Source of the DNA: Candidatus Latescibacterota bacterium
GTDB lineage: Bacteria; Latescibacterota; UBA2968; UBA8231
DNA length: 64,000 nt
Reading direction: 5' to 3'
Assembly: GCA_965243025.1 (NCBI GenBank)
Contig: CBDETY010000003.1
Location: 4,448,001 to 4,512,000, forward strand
Shown: positions 20,763 through 30,559 of the stretch, piece after piece
How positions within the stretch are numbered: position 1 is the stretch's first letter
How the letters are laid out: each line of letters starts with the position of its first letter
The notes under the pieces: model-generated
Told to the model about the DNA's origin: nothing
The model's input: only the letters and a program-made list of their open reading frames with translations
Database searches by the model: none
Position numbers and translations under genes: made by a program

Positions 20763-21314
20763 ATGCGGGGAAGCGTGAACGGCCCGGTCTTCCTCACCGG
20801 CTTCATGGCGACCGGCAAGACCAAGGTGGGGCGCCTGCTGGCCCGGCGCATGGGGCGCAGATTCATCGATACCGACGACATGGTGGAGGAGCGCGCCGGA
20901 ATGACTGTTGCCGGGATTTTTTCGCAAAAGGGGGAAAGCTGGTTCCGGAACCTCGAGCACGCCTGCCTGGCCGAGGTCGCCTCGCGGGACGATGTCGTCG
21001 TCGCCCTCGGAGGGGGCGCCATCACCCAGGAGCGCAACCGCGACGCCATCCGCAAATCGCCGGGCGTGCTTATCTGTCTTCAGGCGGACCTCGACACGAT
21101 CCTGGAGCGCGTCAGCCGCAAGGAGACCCGTCCCTTGCTCGCAGGGTTGAACACGGAGCAGAAACGGAAAAAAATCGAGGACATGCTCGCGGAGCGGGCT
21201 CCATTCTACGCCTCCGCGAACATGACGGTGCGCTCGAGCGGGGAACGGACCCCGGAAGAGACCGCCGAGGAAATCCACCGGTCTATCGAACGGAGGCCGC
21301 CATGCCGTCGGTAA
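20763..21314 (+). CDS. aroK: Shikimate kinase
   Basis: GFMATGKT, DTD, GESWFR, LGGG, RPLL, RAPFY. Confidence 0.93.
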   Translation: MRGSVNGPVFLTGFMATGKTKVGRLLARRMGRRFIDTDDMVEERAGMTVAGIFSQKGESWFRNLEHACLAEVASRDDVVVALGGGAITQERNRDAIRKSPGVLICLQADLDTILERVSRKETRPLLAGLNTEQKRKKIEDMLAERAPFYASANMTVRSSGERTPEETAEEIHRSIERRPPCRR

Positions 21315-22402
21315 CCGTCGACCTGGGGGAACGCGGCTACGAGGTCGCGGTCGGAAGCGGCATCCTCGCCGAGACCGGCCCGCGCTGCCGGGAGCTCGGC
21401 CTCGGCAGCCGCGCCGCAGTGATCGCCGACGCCGCCCTGACCGACAGCTGGCTTCCAACCCTTTCCGGGAGCCTGCGGGACGCCGGTTTCCAAGTGATGG
21501 AAATCCCCTTCCCCGGCCGCGACCCGGAGAAAAACCTCGCTGCCGCCGAGCGCATCTTCGGGAAGCTCATCGAAGCGCGCATGGACCGCGGCTGCTGGAT
21601 CGCCGCCCTCGGCGGCGGGGTCGCCGGCGACCTCGCCGGGTTCGTCGCGGCGACCTTCCTGCGCGGCGTCGACTTCGTGCAGGTGCCGACGACGATCGTC
21701 GCCCAGGTCGACGCCAGCATCGGGGGCAAGACCGCGGTCAATCACGCCCTCGGCAAGAACACCATCGGCGCCTTCCACCAGCCGCGCCTGGTGCTGGCCG
21801 ACACCGCCACGCTGCGCACCCTGCCGGTCTCCGAGCGCGTCTCCGGCATGTCGGAGGTCGTCAAGCACGCCGTCATCGCCGATCCCGAGCTCTTCGAGTT
21901 CCTCGAACGCAACGTCGAAAAGGTCGTCGCCCTGGAGATCGGCCCGGAACAGCTCGACTGGCTGATCGCCCGCAACGCCGGCATCAAGGCTTCGGTGGTC
22001 TCCGGCGACGAAAAGGAGAGCGGCAGGCGCGCCATCCTCAACTACGGCCACACCGTCGGCCACGCGATCGAAGCGGCGACCGGCTACCGCAACTACAGCC
22101 ACGGCGAAGCGGTGATCCTCGGCATGGCCGCGGCCGGGCAGATCGCGGCGCTGCTCGGCACCTGGCCGGCGGCGGAGCAGCGGCGCCAGGACGCGCTGCT
22201 GGAACGCCTGGGGGTACCGACGGGAATCAGCCAGGTGCCGGCGGCGGACATCGTCGAGCGCACCCATGCCGACAAGAAGCGCCGCGACGGCAGGCTGCGC
22301 TTCGTACTCGGCCGCCGCATCGGCGAGGTGAGCCTGGTCGAGGACGTCGACGAGAAGGTGGTGACCGCCGGGGTCGAGTACATTCAGAAGGCGTATCCCT
22401 GA
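21302..22402 (+). CDS. aroB: 3-dehydroquinate synthase
   Basis: ALGGGVAGD, QVPTT, DASIGGKTAVN, GKNTIGAFHQP, LNYGHTVGHA, HGEAV. Confidence 0.95.
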   Translation: MPSVTVDLGERGYEVAVGSGILAETGPRCRELGLGSRAAVIADAALTDSWLPTLSGSLRDAGFQVMEIPFPGRDPEKNLAAAERIFGKLIEARMDRGCWIAALGGGVAGDLAGFVAATFLRGVDFVQVPTTIVAQVDASIGGKTAVNHALGKNTIGAFHQPRLVLADTATLRTLPVSERVSGMSEVVKHAVIADPELFEFLERNVEKVVALEIGPEQLDWLIARNAGIKASVVSGDEKESGRRAILNYGHTVGHAIEAATGYRNYSHGEAVILGMAAAGQIAALLGTWPAAEQRRQDALLERLGVPTGISQVPAADIVERTHADKKRRDGRLRFVLGRRIGEVSLVEDVDEKVVTAGVEYIQKAYP

Positions 22403-22413
22403 TTTCCCGCGAA

Positions 22414-23745
22414 ATGAACGCCGGCGCCAAAATCCACCTCGTCAGCCTCGGCTGCCCCAAGAACACCGTCGACTCGGAGCGCATGCTCGGACTGCTCGAC
22501 GGCAACGGGTACGAAACGACCTCCGACCCGCAGGCCGCCGATGTCGTCATCGTCAACACCTGCGGGTTCATCGGGCCCGCCAAGGAGGAGTCGATAGACG
22601 CCATTCTCGCGGCGCACCAGCTCAGGGAGACCGGGGTCTGCAAAGGGGTCATCGTCACCGGATGCCTGGCCGAACGCTACCGCCCCGACCTGCGCCGGGA
22701 GCTCGCGGAAGAGGCGGACGAGATCCTGACACTCGGCCAGGAAAAGGAGATCGCGCGCTGCGTCGACCGCCTCCTCGGGCGGGCCCGGGAGCGCTACATC
22801 GACAGCGCCCCGCGGCTGCAGACGACCCCCCGCCACTGGGCCTATCTCCGCATCTCGGACGGCTGCGACCATCAGTGCGCCTTCTGTGCGATTCCGCTGA
22901 TCAAGGGCAGGCATCGCAGCGAACCGGTCGAAGCCCTCCTGGCCGAGGCGCAGCGGCTGACCGCCGCGGGGGTGCGCGAGCTGGTGCTCGTCTCCCAGGA
23001 CTCGGTGCGCTACGGCAAGGACCTCTACGGCCGCTACGAGCTGCTGGCGCTGCTGCGCCGGCTCGCCGCGGTCGAGGGCCTTGATTGGATGCGCCTGATG
23101 TACACCTACCCCGCGTTCTGGAGCGACGAGCTGATCGGCTTCTTCGCCGACGCGCCGGTCATGTGCAACTACATCGACATGCCGCTGCAGCACATCTCGG
23201 ACCCGGTGCTGGCGCGCATGAAGCGGGCGACCACCCGGAGGAAGACCCTCGAGCTGCTGGAGAAGCTGCGCACCCGCCTCCCCGGAGTCGGACTGCGGTC
23301 GTCGTTCATCGTCGGTTTTCCGGGCGAAACCGAGGCCCAGTTCGAGGAGCTGCTCGAGTTCATCGAGGCCAGCCGCTTCGACAACGCCACCTGCTTCATC
23401 TACTCCACGGAAGAGGGAACGGCCGCCGCCGACCTCGACCAGCCGGTCGCCGAGGAGATCAAGGAGGAACGCTACCGGCGCCTCACCGAGCTTCAGGACC
23501 GCATTTCCGCTGAGATCAACCTCGGCCTCGTCGGCACCCGGCAGACCGTCCTGATCGACGAGGGGGAGGGCGAGACCGGGGGCGGTTTCCGCGGCCGCAT
23601 GCAGCGCGACGCCCCCGAGATCGACGGCAGCGTCGCCGTCGCCGCCGGCGAAGCGGAGCTGCGGCCGGGGAGTTTCGCCGAGGTCGAGATCACCGGGGCC
23701 TACCCGTACGAGTTGACGGCCCGGGCTCTCGGTCCGGTCTGGTGA
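22414..23745 (+). CDS. rimO: Ribosomal protein S12 methylthiotransferase
   Basis: SLGCPKNTVDSE, NTCGFI, GCDHQCAFCAIP, DAPEIDG (TRAM). Confidence 0.93.
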   Translation: MNAGAKIHLVSLGCPKNTVDSERMLGLLDGNGYETTSDPQAADVVIVNTCGFIGPAKEESIDAILAAHQLRETGVCKGVIVTGCLAERYRPDLRRELAEEADEILTLGQEKEIARCVDRLLGRARERYIDSAPRLQTTPRHWAYLRISDGCDHQCAFCAIPLIKGRHRSEPVEALLAEAQRLTAAGVRELVLVSQDSVRYGKDLYGRYELLALLRRLAAVEGLDWMRLMYTYPAFWSDELIGFFADAPVMCNYIDMPLQHISDPVLARMKRATTRRKTLELLEKLRTRLPGVGLRSSFIVGFPGETEAQFEELLEFIEASRFDNATCFIYSTEEGTAAADLDQPVAEEIKEERYRRLTELQDRISAEINLGLVGTRQTVLIDEGEGETGGGFRGRMQRDAPEIDGSVAVAAGEAELRPGSFAEVEITGAYPYELTARALGPVW

Positions 23746-23755
23746 GATCGCCGCA

Positions 23756-24079
23756 GTGGCCCGGCAGAGGAAGACGCGCCCCACCGCCATCACCCTGACA
23801 GGGAAGTACCTGGAGATCGCCTGGAGCGACGGAACCGGCTCGCGGGCTCCCCTGAGCGAGCTGCGCCGCAGCTGTCCCTGCGCGATGTGCCGCGAAGCCC
23901 GCCGGGAAAGCGAGCCGTCGGCATCGGGGGATCTGCCGGTGCTGGCCGGGGAGGCCGAGACCGCCACCGCCGAGGCGAGGAGGTTCGAGCCCGTCGGCCG
24001 CTACGGCATCCGCATCACCTGGGCCGACGGCCACGACACCGGGATCTACACTTTCGAGGCGCTGCGCGAGCTCGGCTGA
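23756..24079 (+). CDS. DUF971 / gamma-butyrobetaine hydroxylase N-terminal-like Zn-binding protein
   Basis: LRRSCPCAMC, VGRYGIRITWADGHDTGIY. Confidence 0.85.
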   Translation: MARQRKTRPTAITLTGKYLEIAWSDGTGSRAPLSELRRSCPCAMCREARRESEPSASGDLPVLAGEAETATAEARRFEPVGRYGIRITWADGHDTGIYTFEALRELG

Positions 24080-26160
24080 ACCGGCTCCGCCCCGGCGGCA
24101 TCCCTGGCGGAGCGGGGTGCCCGCGCGATCCAGGATTCGGCCAGCAGCAGCAGCAGCGCGGCGAACAGAAACTCCCGCCACAGCTCGCGGCCGTAACGCC
24201 GGACCAGCACCTGCTCGCGCAGGTCGGCATCCGCCGCCAGCGGTACCACCCGTCCCGGGCCGAAGACGCGCTCGAGCTGGCGCGGGGAAACCTCCTCCAG
24301 GTCGGATTCCCCGGTGTCGACGTTGACGGCGAAGCGGTCGATGACGGCGCCCCCTTCTTCGAGACGCCACACCCCCGCCTCCCCGGGACGCCCGGTCCAG
24401 AAAGTCCCCTCGGAGTTCGCTTCCGCAGACTGGTAGTAACGGCGGCCGCTCGGAGTCCGGACCTCGATGCGGTGGCCGGGACCCGTTCCGGGAAGCCGGC
24501 GGCGAACCGTCTCCCCCACCAGGTAGCCGGGGGCCCCTTGCGAGGGAGTGCCAAGCAGCCTGCAGAGACGCTGAAGCAACGGCGCGAACAGCGCGCTCGA
24601 CGGCAGCTCGCTCCACTCGAGCGACAGCGGGACCGCGAACAGGACGACTCGCCCGGTCCTGCCCCGGGCCATGAGAGCGGCCGGAGAGCCATCTCCGAAT
24701 GAGAGCAGCGGCGACGCCCCGGGGTTGGCAATCAGGGAAAAGACGGAGAAGAACCGCGGCCCGGCCGCGGCCTCGGTCAGGCCTCGGAGCAGGACCTCGT
24801 CCGAGGCCTCGGGATCGATGCGAAGGAAAGAAGCCCGTCTCCGTCCCTGTTGGGACTCCGGGCGCCCGACGGCGCTCCTGATCGAGGCCGGGATCAGGTT
24901 GGAAAGAAGGTGGCGGTTGAGGTAGCTGATGTCGGCGTCCGCCCCGGGAAACAGAACGACTCCCCCTCCCCGCGCCGCGAAATCGCGGACGGCGCCGATC
25001 TGTCCGCCGCCTATCCGGGAGACGTTGCACAGGATAAGCACCTCCGCCTCGTCGAGGGCCCCGGGGCCGAGGGAGCTCAGGGAAATGCTGTCGAGCTCCA
25101 GACTCGGATCGCCAACGGCAGCGGCGGCCAGCGCCTGCCGGGCGAAGTAGAGATCCCCGGGGCCGCCCGCCATCACCACGCGGACATGCCGGGGAATGAA
25201 AGCGGTGAAGTAGCGCCTGTCGTCGACAGTCAGGGCATCCTCTTCGATCTCCACGTACCCGCTCAGGAATCCGCCGCGGCGGGGAGTGGTTGCGAACTCC
25301 AGTTCGGCACGCCCCCCGGGTTGAAGCTCGACCGCGCGCCGTTGCACCCTCTCCCCGTCGATGAACAGATCTACGCTGAATTGCTCCCGAATGCTTTCCG
25401 AAGCGTTGACCACTTCGGCGCGGATCCGCCATCTGCCTCCCGGAGCGGCCAGCCAGCTGCCGGCTTCCACGGTGGAGACAAAGCGATTGCCGCGGCCGGA
25501 AAGTTCGAGATCCGTGGTGTATACCGCGGTCCGGGACCACTCCGGGGAGCGTCTCGCGGCGACCTCCAGCCAGCCGGGGGCCGCGAAATCGGAAAAGATG
25601 AAAAGCTCCCGCTGCATCCCCCTGTCCTCGAAGTGATGCTCGGCAGCGCGCAGGGCCTCCTCGACATGGGTCCCTTCCTGGCGCACGGCGAGCTCTCTCA
25701 GCGCCTGCGGCAGCTCCCCGTCGACCGGGACGGCATCGGAGGCAAAGGGGATGACGCGGACCTCGTCCCCGGGGGAAAACAGCTCCAGCAGGCCGATCGC
25801 CCGGGAGCGCAGACGCTCGAAGACGCGCACCGACCCGGGCCGAAAGCCAGTGCTGTACGAGGCGTCGAGAAGGATCGCGGCTGCCACCGGAGCCGGGCTG
25901 CCGAACCATCCGCCCTCTCCGCCGCGCAAGGCAGGACGTGCGAAGGCGAGGACGAGAGCGGCGACAGCGAGGGTGCGCAGCAGCAGAACCAGCCACTGAC
26001 GCAGGCGGATGCTGCGCATGCGGCTCTGGTGCAGGCGGCGCAGGAAACGGAGGTTGCTGAATGGAAGGGGCTCGGAACTGCCCCGATGCAGCAGGTGAAC
26101 GGCCAGCGGAACCGCGGCCGCCGCCAGGGCTATCAGCGCCGCGGGGTTGAGGAAATGCAC
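24046..26160 (-). CDS. BatA/VWA-domain membrane protein
   Basis: MHFLNP..LAVHLL, FSNLRFL, LVLAFARP, LDASYS, AVNVD..ESDL, C-terminal TM helix. Confidence 0.85.
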   Translation of the reverse strand: MHFLNPAALIALAAAAVPLAVHLLHRGSSEPLPFSNLRFLRRLHQSRMRSIRLRQWLVLLLRTLAVAALVLAFARPALRGGEGGWFGSPAPVAAAILLDASYSTGFRPGSVRVFERLRSRAIGLLELFSPGDEVRVIPFASDAVPVDGELPQALRELAVRQEGTHVEEALRAAEHHFEDRGMQRELFIFSDFAAPGWLEVAARRSPEWSRTAVYTTDLELSGRGNRFVSTVEAGSWLAAPGGRWRIRAEVVNASESIREQFSVDLFIDGERVQRRAVELQPGGRAELEFATTPRRGGFLSGYVEIEEDALTVDDRRYFTAFIPRHVRVVMAGGPGDLYFARQALAAAAVGDPSLELDSISLSSLGPGALDEAEVLILCNVSRIGGGQIGAVRDFAARGGGVVLFPGADADISYLNRHLLSNLIPASIRSAVGRPESQQGRRRASFLRIDPEASDEVLLRGLTEAAAGPRFFSVFSLIANPGASPLLSFGDGSPAALMARGRTGRVVLFAVPLSLEWSELPSSALFAPLLQRLCRLLGTPSQGAPGYLVGETVRRRLPGTGPGHRIEVRTPSGRRYYQSAEANSEGTFWTGRPGEAGVWRLEEGGAVIDRFAVNVDTGESDLEEVSPRQLERVFGPGRVVPLAADADLREQVLVRRYGRELWREFLFAALLLLLAESWIARAPRSARDAAGAEPVQPSSRSASKV

Positions 26161-26250
26161 GGCACCCGGCCGGCCAGGGGCCCGGTATTGAAGGAAGCTG
26201 GGAAGGGAGGGGGCCGGGAGCCGCGGAGGGGTGCGGTCACCCGGGCGGAG

Positions 26251-26724
26251 CTATCCGGAAGCAGGGTACTGCTTCTCTTCCTCCGCAATCGCCTCGAGCA
26301 CCTCTTCCGGTGCCGAAGCCTCGATCAGACTCTTCTTGAACTCGTCGTTTTTCAGCAGCCGGGAGATGCGCGCCAGCGCCTTGATGTGCGGACCGGAGAC
26401 GTTGGCGGGTGATACCAGCAGGAAGAAAACGAACGCCGGTTCCCCGTCGAGGGCCTCGAAATCGACGCCGTGGCGGTGGGTTCCCAGGGCGGCGACGAGC
26501 CGTTGAACGGCATCTGACTTTCCGTGGGGGATGGCGATGCCGTCGCCTATCCCCGTACTCATTATCTTTTCGCGCTCGACTACCGCCTGCAGCACCTTGT
26601 CGCGATCGGAGATCGCGTTGCTCGCATCGAGGCAATCGACCAGTTCCTCGATGATTTCCTCTTTGCTGTTGCCCTCGAGACCGACGATGGTGGTCTCGGA
26701 AGACAGGATTTCCAGCAAGGTCAT
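26251..26724 (-). CDS. PTS EIIA (Ntr/fructose-type) protein
   Basis: REKIMSTGIGDGIAIPHGK, DFEALDGEP, HIKALARISRLL. Confidence 0.9.
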   Translation of the reverse strand: MTLLEILSSETTIVGLEGNSKEEIIEELVDCLDASNAISDRDKVLQAVVEREKIMSTGIGDGIAIPHGKSDAVQRLVAALGTHRHGVDFEALDGEPAFVFFLLVSPANVSGPHIKALARISRLLKNDEFKKSLIEASAPEEVLEAIAEEEKQYPASG

Positions 26725-26884
26725 TTTCCGACTCGACTCCTGAAAAACGAAGTCCCCAATATAACCCAATCACCGGCGGGTGGCCATCGGCATTCCGCGT
26801 CGATTTTATTGAAGCCCGACAGTCTCAGGCGCTTATTTTCCTTACCCAGTTTCGCGCAGGTCCGCCTTCGAGAGCGAGCCCTTC

Positions 26885-28270
26885 ATGAGCGATCGGCAGG
26901 AGAGAGTTTCGGGCCCGAGAACCGCTCTTTTCGTCGCCTACCACTACCCGCCGATCAGATCGGGGGGAGTCGAACGCACCCTCAAGTTCACCCGATACCT
27001 GCGGGAGTTCGGGTACCGGCCGGTTGTGTTGACCACGACTGCTTTCGGCCGCCCCCCGGAGGAAGACGGTGCGCTGCGAGCCTGGGAACCGCTCCAGACC
27101 TACCGGTTTCTATTCAACCGCGGCTCCGGGGGCCAACCACCGCCCCCGACGGCGAGGACCCGATCCCCCCTGGCAGGCCCCATCAGGCTGCTTGGGCGCC
27201 GGCTTCTGGTTCCCGACGGCCAGATAACCTGGGCCCCGGCCGCCGCCCTCAAGGCGCTCCGCTATCTGCGCCGGCACCCGGTCGACCTGATCTGCACGAC
27301 CTCGCCGCCAGCGAGCGCCCACCTGGTCGGTCTGTTTCTTCAACGCCGGACCGGGCTGCCCTGGGTAGCCGATTTCCGGGACAGCTGGATATACGATCCC
27401 CTCGACCCGGGACTTGAAGAATGGCGGTTCCGCCGCGAGATCGAACGCCGTCTCGAGGAACGGGTCGTCAGCGCCGCCGACGCGGTGATCGCAACCACCG
27501 AGATCAGCGCCGGGTATTTCGGCACGGCGTATCCGGAGAGTGAGAAGAAGATCGAGGTGATCACCAACGGTTTCGATCCCCGGGACACGGAAGCGGACAA
27601 GGCCTGTCCGGAAGGGCCGCCGCCGGGGAGCGCCGGGGGCGCCGACGGCCCCCCGGATCCGCGGCCGGGGACGCCCGACGAAAGGGGGCCCGACCCGATG
27701 CGCCTTCTCCACACGGGCAGTTTTTCAGCGAGCCATCCCCAGCGGTCGCCGCGGACGCTGTTCGCCGCCCTGGAGTCGCTGCTGCAGGAAGACCCTGGAT
27801 GGCGCGGGCGCATCCGGCTCGAGCTGGCCGGCAGCCTGAACGCCTCGGAGCAGGAAGCCGCGGCGCCGCTGCTGCGCAGCGGAATGGCGGCGATTCACGG
27901 CGAGGTGGACCGGAAGTCGGCCCTCGACCTTCAGCGCCGGGCCGACGTCCTCCTGCTCGTCGATCACGCGCGACCGTGGCCGTCATCGAACGTTCCCGGC
28001 AAGTTCTTCGAGTACGCGGCGACGGGACGCCCCATTCTCGCCCTGTGCGGGGAGGGGATGGTAGCGCGCATGATGGCCAGACTCCAGGCCGGTGTCTGCG
28101 TTCCCCCCGACGACGAAATGGAAATCCGCAGCGCGCTGGTGCGGCTCTACCGGGAGTGCAGCGAGGGTGGAGTGCGCGGCGCCGACCCCGAGTCCCTCCG
28201 GCCTTTTGACAGACGCGAGCTGACGCGACAGCTCGCCGCCTGTTTCGACCGCGTCGTCCGCGTCCGTTGA
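26885..28270 (+). CDS. Glycosyltransferase family 4
   Basis: YHYPP..GGVER, TSPP.SAHL, PWVADFRDSW, ITNGFD, PGKFFEY. Confidence 0.88.
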   Translation: MSDRQERVSGPRTALFVAYHYPPIRSGGVERTLKFTRYLREFGYRPVVLTTTAFGRPPEEDGALRAWEPLQTYRFLFNRGSGGQPPPPTARTRSPLAGPIRLLGRRLLVPDGQITWAPAAALKALRYLRRHPVDLICTTSPPASAHLVGLFLQRRTGLPWVADFRDSWIYDPLDPGLEEWRFRREIERRLEERVVSAADAVIATTEISAGYFGTAYPESEKKIEVITNGFDPRDTEADKACPEGPPPGSAGGADGPPDPRPGTPDERGPDPMRLLHTGSFSASHPQRSPRTLFAALESLLQEDPGWRGRIRLELAGSLNASEQEAAAPLLRSGMAAIHGEVDRKSALDLQRRADVLLLVDHARPWPSSNVPGKFFEYAATGRPILALCGEGMVARMMARLQAGVCVPPDDEMEIRSALVRLYRECSEGGVRGADPESLRPFDRRELTRQLAACFDRVVRVR

Positions 28271-28289
28271 GCGCCCCGGAAAGCCTTCG

Positions 28290-29576
28290 GTGTCTGAAAA
28301 AAACAACCGCTCCCTGACCCCTCGCGGTTGGGGAATCGCGCTGTTTGCCCTGGCCGCGGCCATGCGGTTGGGATACGCCTCCCTGGGGGTCGAAGTTCCC
28401 CCGCAGGACACCCCCGACTACGACGAGATCGCCGCCAACCTGCTGGCCGGGGAAGGCTTCGTCGCTCGCGAAAACTGGTTCGGCTACGACATGAGATCGT
28501 GGAGGGCCCCGCTGTACCCCGGCTTCCTGGCGGCGGTTTACGGACTGTTCGGGTCGTCCCACGTCCCCGTCAAGATCGCTCAGTCCCTGCTCGGGGCGGC
28601 CACCGCGGTATTGGTGTACGGGATCGCCAGGACGATCCGGCCGCAGGCGGCGCTCCTTGCGGGAGTGGCGGCTTCTCTCTACCTGCCGCTGGTGGCGGGC
28701 GCCAGCGAGGTCATGACGGAGACACTGTTCACGTTCCTGCTTGTTTTGGCCCTCTACCTGTCGATCTCCACCCGTCCAACCCCCCGGGACGGCGGCCCCC
28801 GGCTGATGACTGTCGGCGTCGCCGTCGGCCTGGCGGCCCTGACCAGACCGGTGGGCCTTCTGCTCTGGCCGGTGGAAATGCTGCACTCGCAGCTGGCCGG
28901 CACGGGCCGCTGGCGCAGGTGCCTGTGGATTTCCCTCGGCGTAGTCGCCACCGTGGCTCCCTGGACGGCGCGCAACTTCCAGGTGCACTCCGCCTTCGTG
29001 CCGATATCGACGCACGGCGGCTTCGTGTTCGCCCGCAGCAACGGACCGAGTCCTGACTGGAGGCAGGCGGACGGCTGGGGGATCGAGAAGCGCACCTTCG
29101 AGCGCATTCCGGGCGAGGTCGAGCGCGACCGCTACTGGCTCGCACAGGGAATGCAGCGCGTTTCCGGGGACCCGGCCCTCTACTTGCGCTGGGTGGGTGA
29201 GCGCTTCCTGCGGTTCTGGTACTTTTTCCAGCCCGGTTACAATTTCTCCTACATGGTGGTCCTGCCGCTTTTCGCCGCTGGTTTTCTCCTGTTCTGGAGA
29301 CGCCACGGGTTCGATCTGCCGGCCGCGGTCATCGCCGCCTTCGTCTTCATCTTCTCGACTCTCCTGTACGGCTCGGCGCGTTTCCGCCTGCCCCTGGAGC
29401 CGTTGTTCATCCTGTTCGCCGCCGCCTTTAGCCAGTACGCATGGCACCGCTGGGGAGCCGGGCGCACCTCGGCCCTTGTGGGAGGACTGATTGCCGCCAA
29501 CGGTCTCGTCTGGCTGTACGAAGAACGGGCCCGCGCGGCGCTGCTCGCTCTCCTGGAAGCCGGAGGGCTCAAGTGA
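28290..29576 (+). CDS. Membrane glycosyltransferase (GT39/ArnT-like)
   Basis: DTPDYDEIA, RAPLYPGFLA, MTETLF, ALTRP, PWTARN, RFRLP. Confidence 0.82.
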   Translation: MSEKNNRSLTPRGWGIALFALAAAMRLGYASLGVEVPPQDTPDYDEIAANLLAGEGFVARENWFGYDMRSWRAPLYPGFLAAVYGLFGSSHVPVKIAQSLLGAATAVLVYGIARTIRPQAALLAGVAASLYLPLVAGASEVMTETLFTFLLVLALYLSISTRPTPRDGGPRLMTVGVAVGLAALTRPVGLLLWPVEMLHSQLAGTGRWRRCLWISLGVVATVAPWTARNFQVHSAFVPISTHGGFVFARSNGPSPDWRQADGWGIEKRTFERIPGEVERDRYWLAQGMQRVSGDPALYLRWVGERFLRFWYFFQPGYNFSYMVVLPLFAAGFLLFWRRHGFDLPAAVIAAFVFIFSTLLYGSARFRLPLEPLFILFAAAFSQYAWHRWGAGRTSALVGGLIAANGLVWLYEERARAALLALLEAGGLK

Positions 29577-30559
29577 CAGGCGCGGGGGAAGTTTCCCTGT
29601 CCATCTGCATCGTCAGCTGGAACACCCGCGACCTTCTCGAAGCCTGCCTGCGTTCCGTGTACGCCGACCCCGACAGCGCCGGCTGGCAGGTGCTGGTGGT
29701 CGACAACGCCTCGAGCGACGGCAGCGCCGACATGGTCGCCGACCGGTTTCCCCGGGCCGAGCTGATCCGCAGCCGGCGGAATCTCGGCTTCAGCCGCGGC
29801 AACAACCTCGCCCTCGCACGCGCCACCGGCCGCTGCCTCCTGTTGCTCAACTCCGACACCGCGGTCGACCCCGGCGCCCTCGGCCGACTGGTCGATTACC
29901 TGGACTCCGATCCGGATGCAGGGGCCGTCGGTCCCCGGCTCGTCTACCCCGACGGATCGCTGCAATTTTCGTGCGGAAGGCCTCCCGGCCTGCACTCCGA
30001 AATCGTGCATAAGCTGTTATTGCACAGAATCTTCCCCTTTTTTAGATTGGGCCGCTGGCACCATGGTGAGCGGCGCTGCGTCGGATGGGTAACAGGGGCC
30101 TGCCTGATGGTTCGCAGAGAGGCTGCCGCGGAAACCGGATTTCTCGATCCCAACATTTTCATGTGCTTCGAGGATCTCGACTGGTGCATGCGTCTCCGCA
30201 ATAAAGGCTGGTCCGTGGTTTACCTGCCGTCGAGCCGAGTCGTCCATCACGACGGCCAGAGCATCCGCAAAAACCTCGGCGAGATGCTGGTCGTCAGTCA
30301 GCAAAGCCTCTTCTACCTGTTCGAGAAACATTTCGGAAAGGGCCGCCTGCACGCGTTGAGGCTGCTCACGGTTATCGAGATGCTGTTGCGATCCGCCTTG
30401 TGGATCGTTCCCGCCCTGCTGCCTCCTGGCGGCAACGAGGCCGGGGAGCGCCTTCGGGCGTACTGGAGAATCCTGCGGCGCACGGTGACGGACCGATCCT
30501 ACTGGACACCGCTGTCAGGGGGGACGGACCCGCACAGACCGGAAAGGACCGTCAGATGA
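29573..30559 (+). CDS. Glycosyltransferase family 2
   Basis: IVSWNT, VVDNASSDGS, NLGFSRGNN, LLNSD, EDLDWC. Confidence 0.9.
   Translation: MTGAGEVSLSICIVSWNTRDLLEACLRSVYADPDSAGWQVLVVDNASSDGSADMVADRFPRAELIRSRRNLGFSRGNNLALARATGRCLLLLNSDTAVDPGALGRLVDYLDSDPDAGAVGPRLVYPDGSLQFSCGRPPGLHSEIVHKLLLHRIFPFFRLGRWHHGERRCVGWVTGACLMVRREAAAETGFLDPNIFMCFEDLDWCMRLRNKGWSVVYLPSSRVVHHDGQSIRKNLGEMLVVSQQSLFYLFEKHFGKGRLHALRLLTVIEMLLRSALWIVPALLPPGGNEAGERLRAYWRILRRTVTDRSYWTPLSGGTDPHRPERTVR

Noticed and set aside
23690-25996. 768-aa minus-strand ORF and many similar long overlapping ORFs
   Set aside because: Low-complexity Arg/Gly/Pro shadows expected in very GC-rich DNA, overlapping well-supported genes
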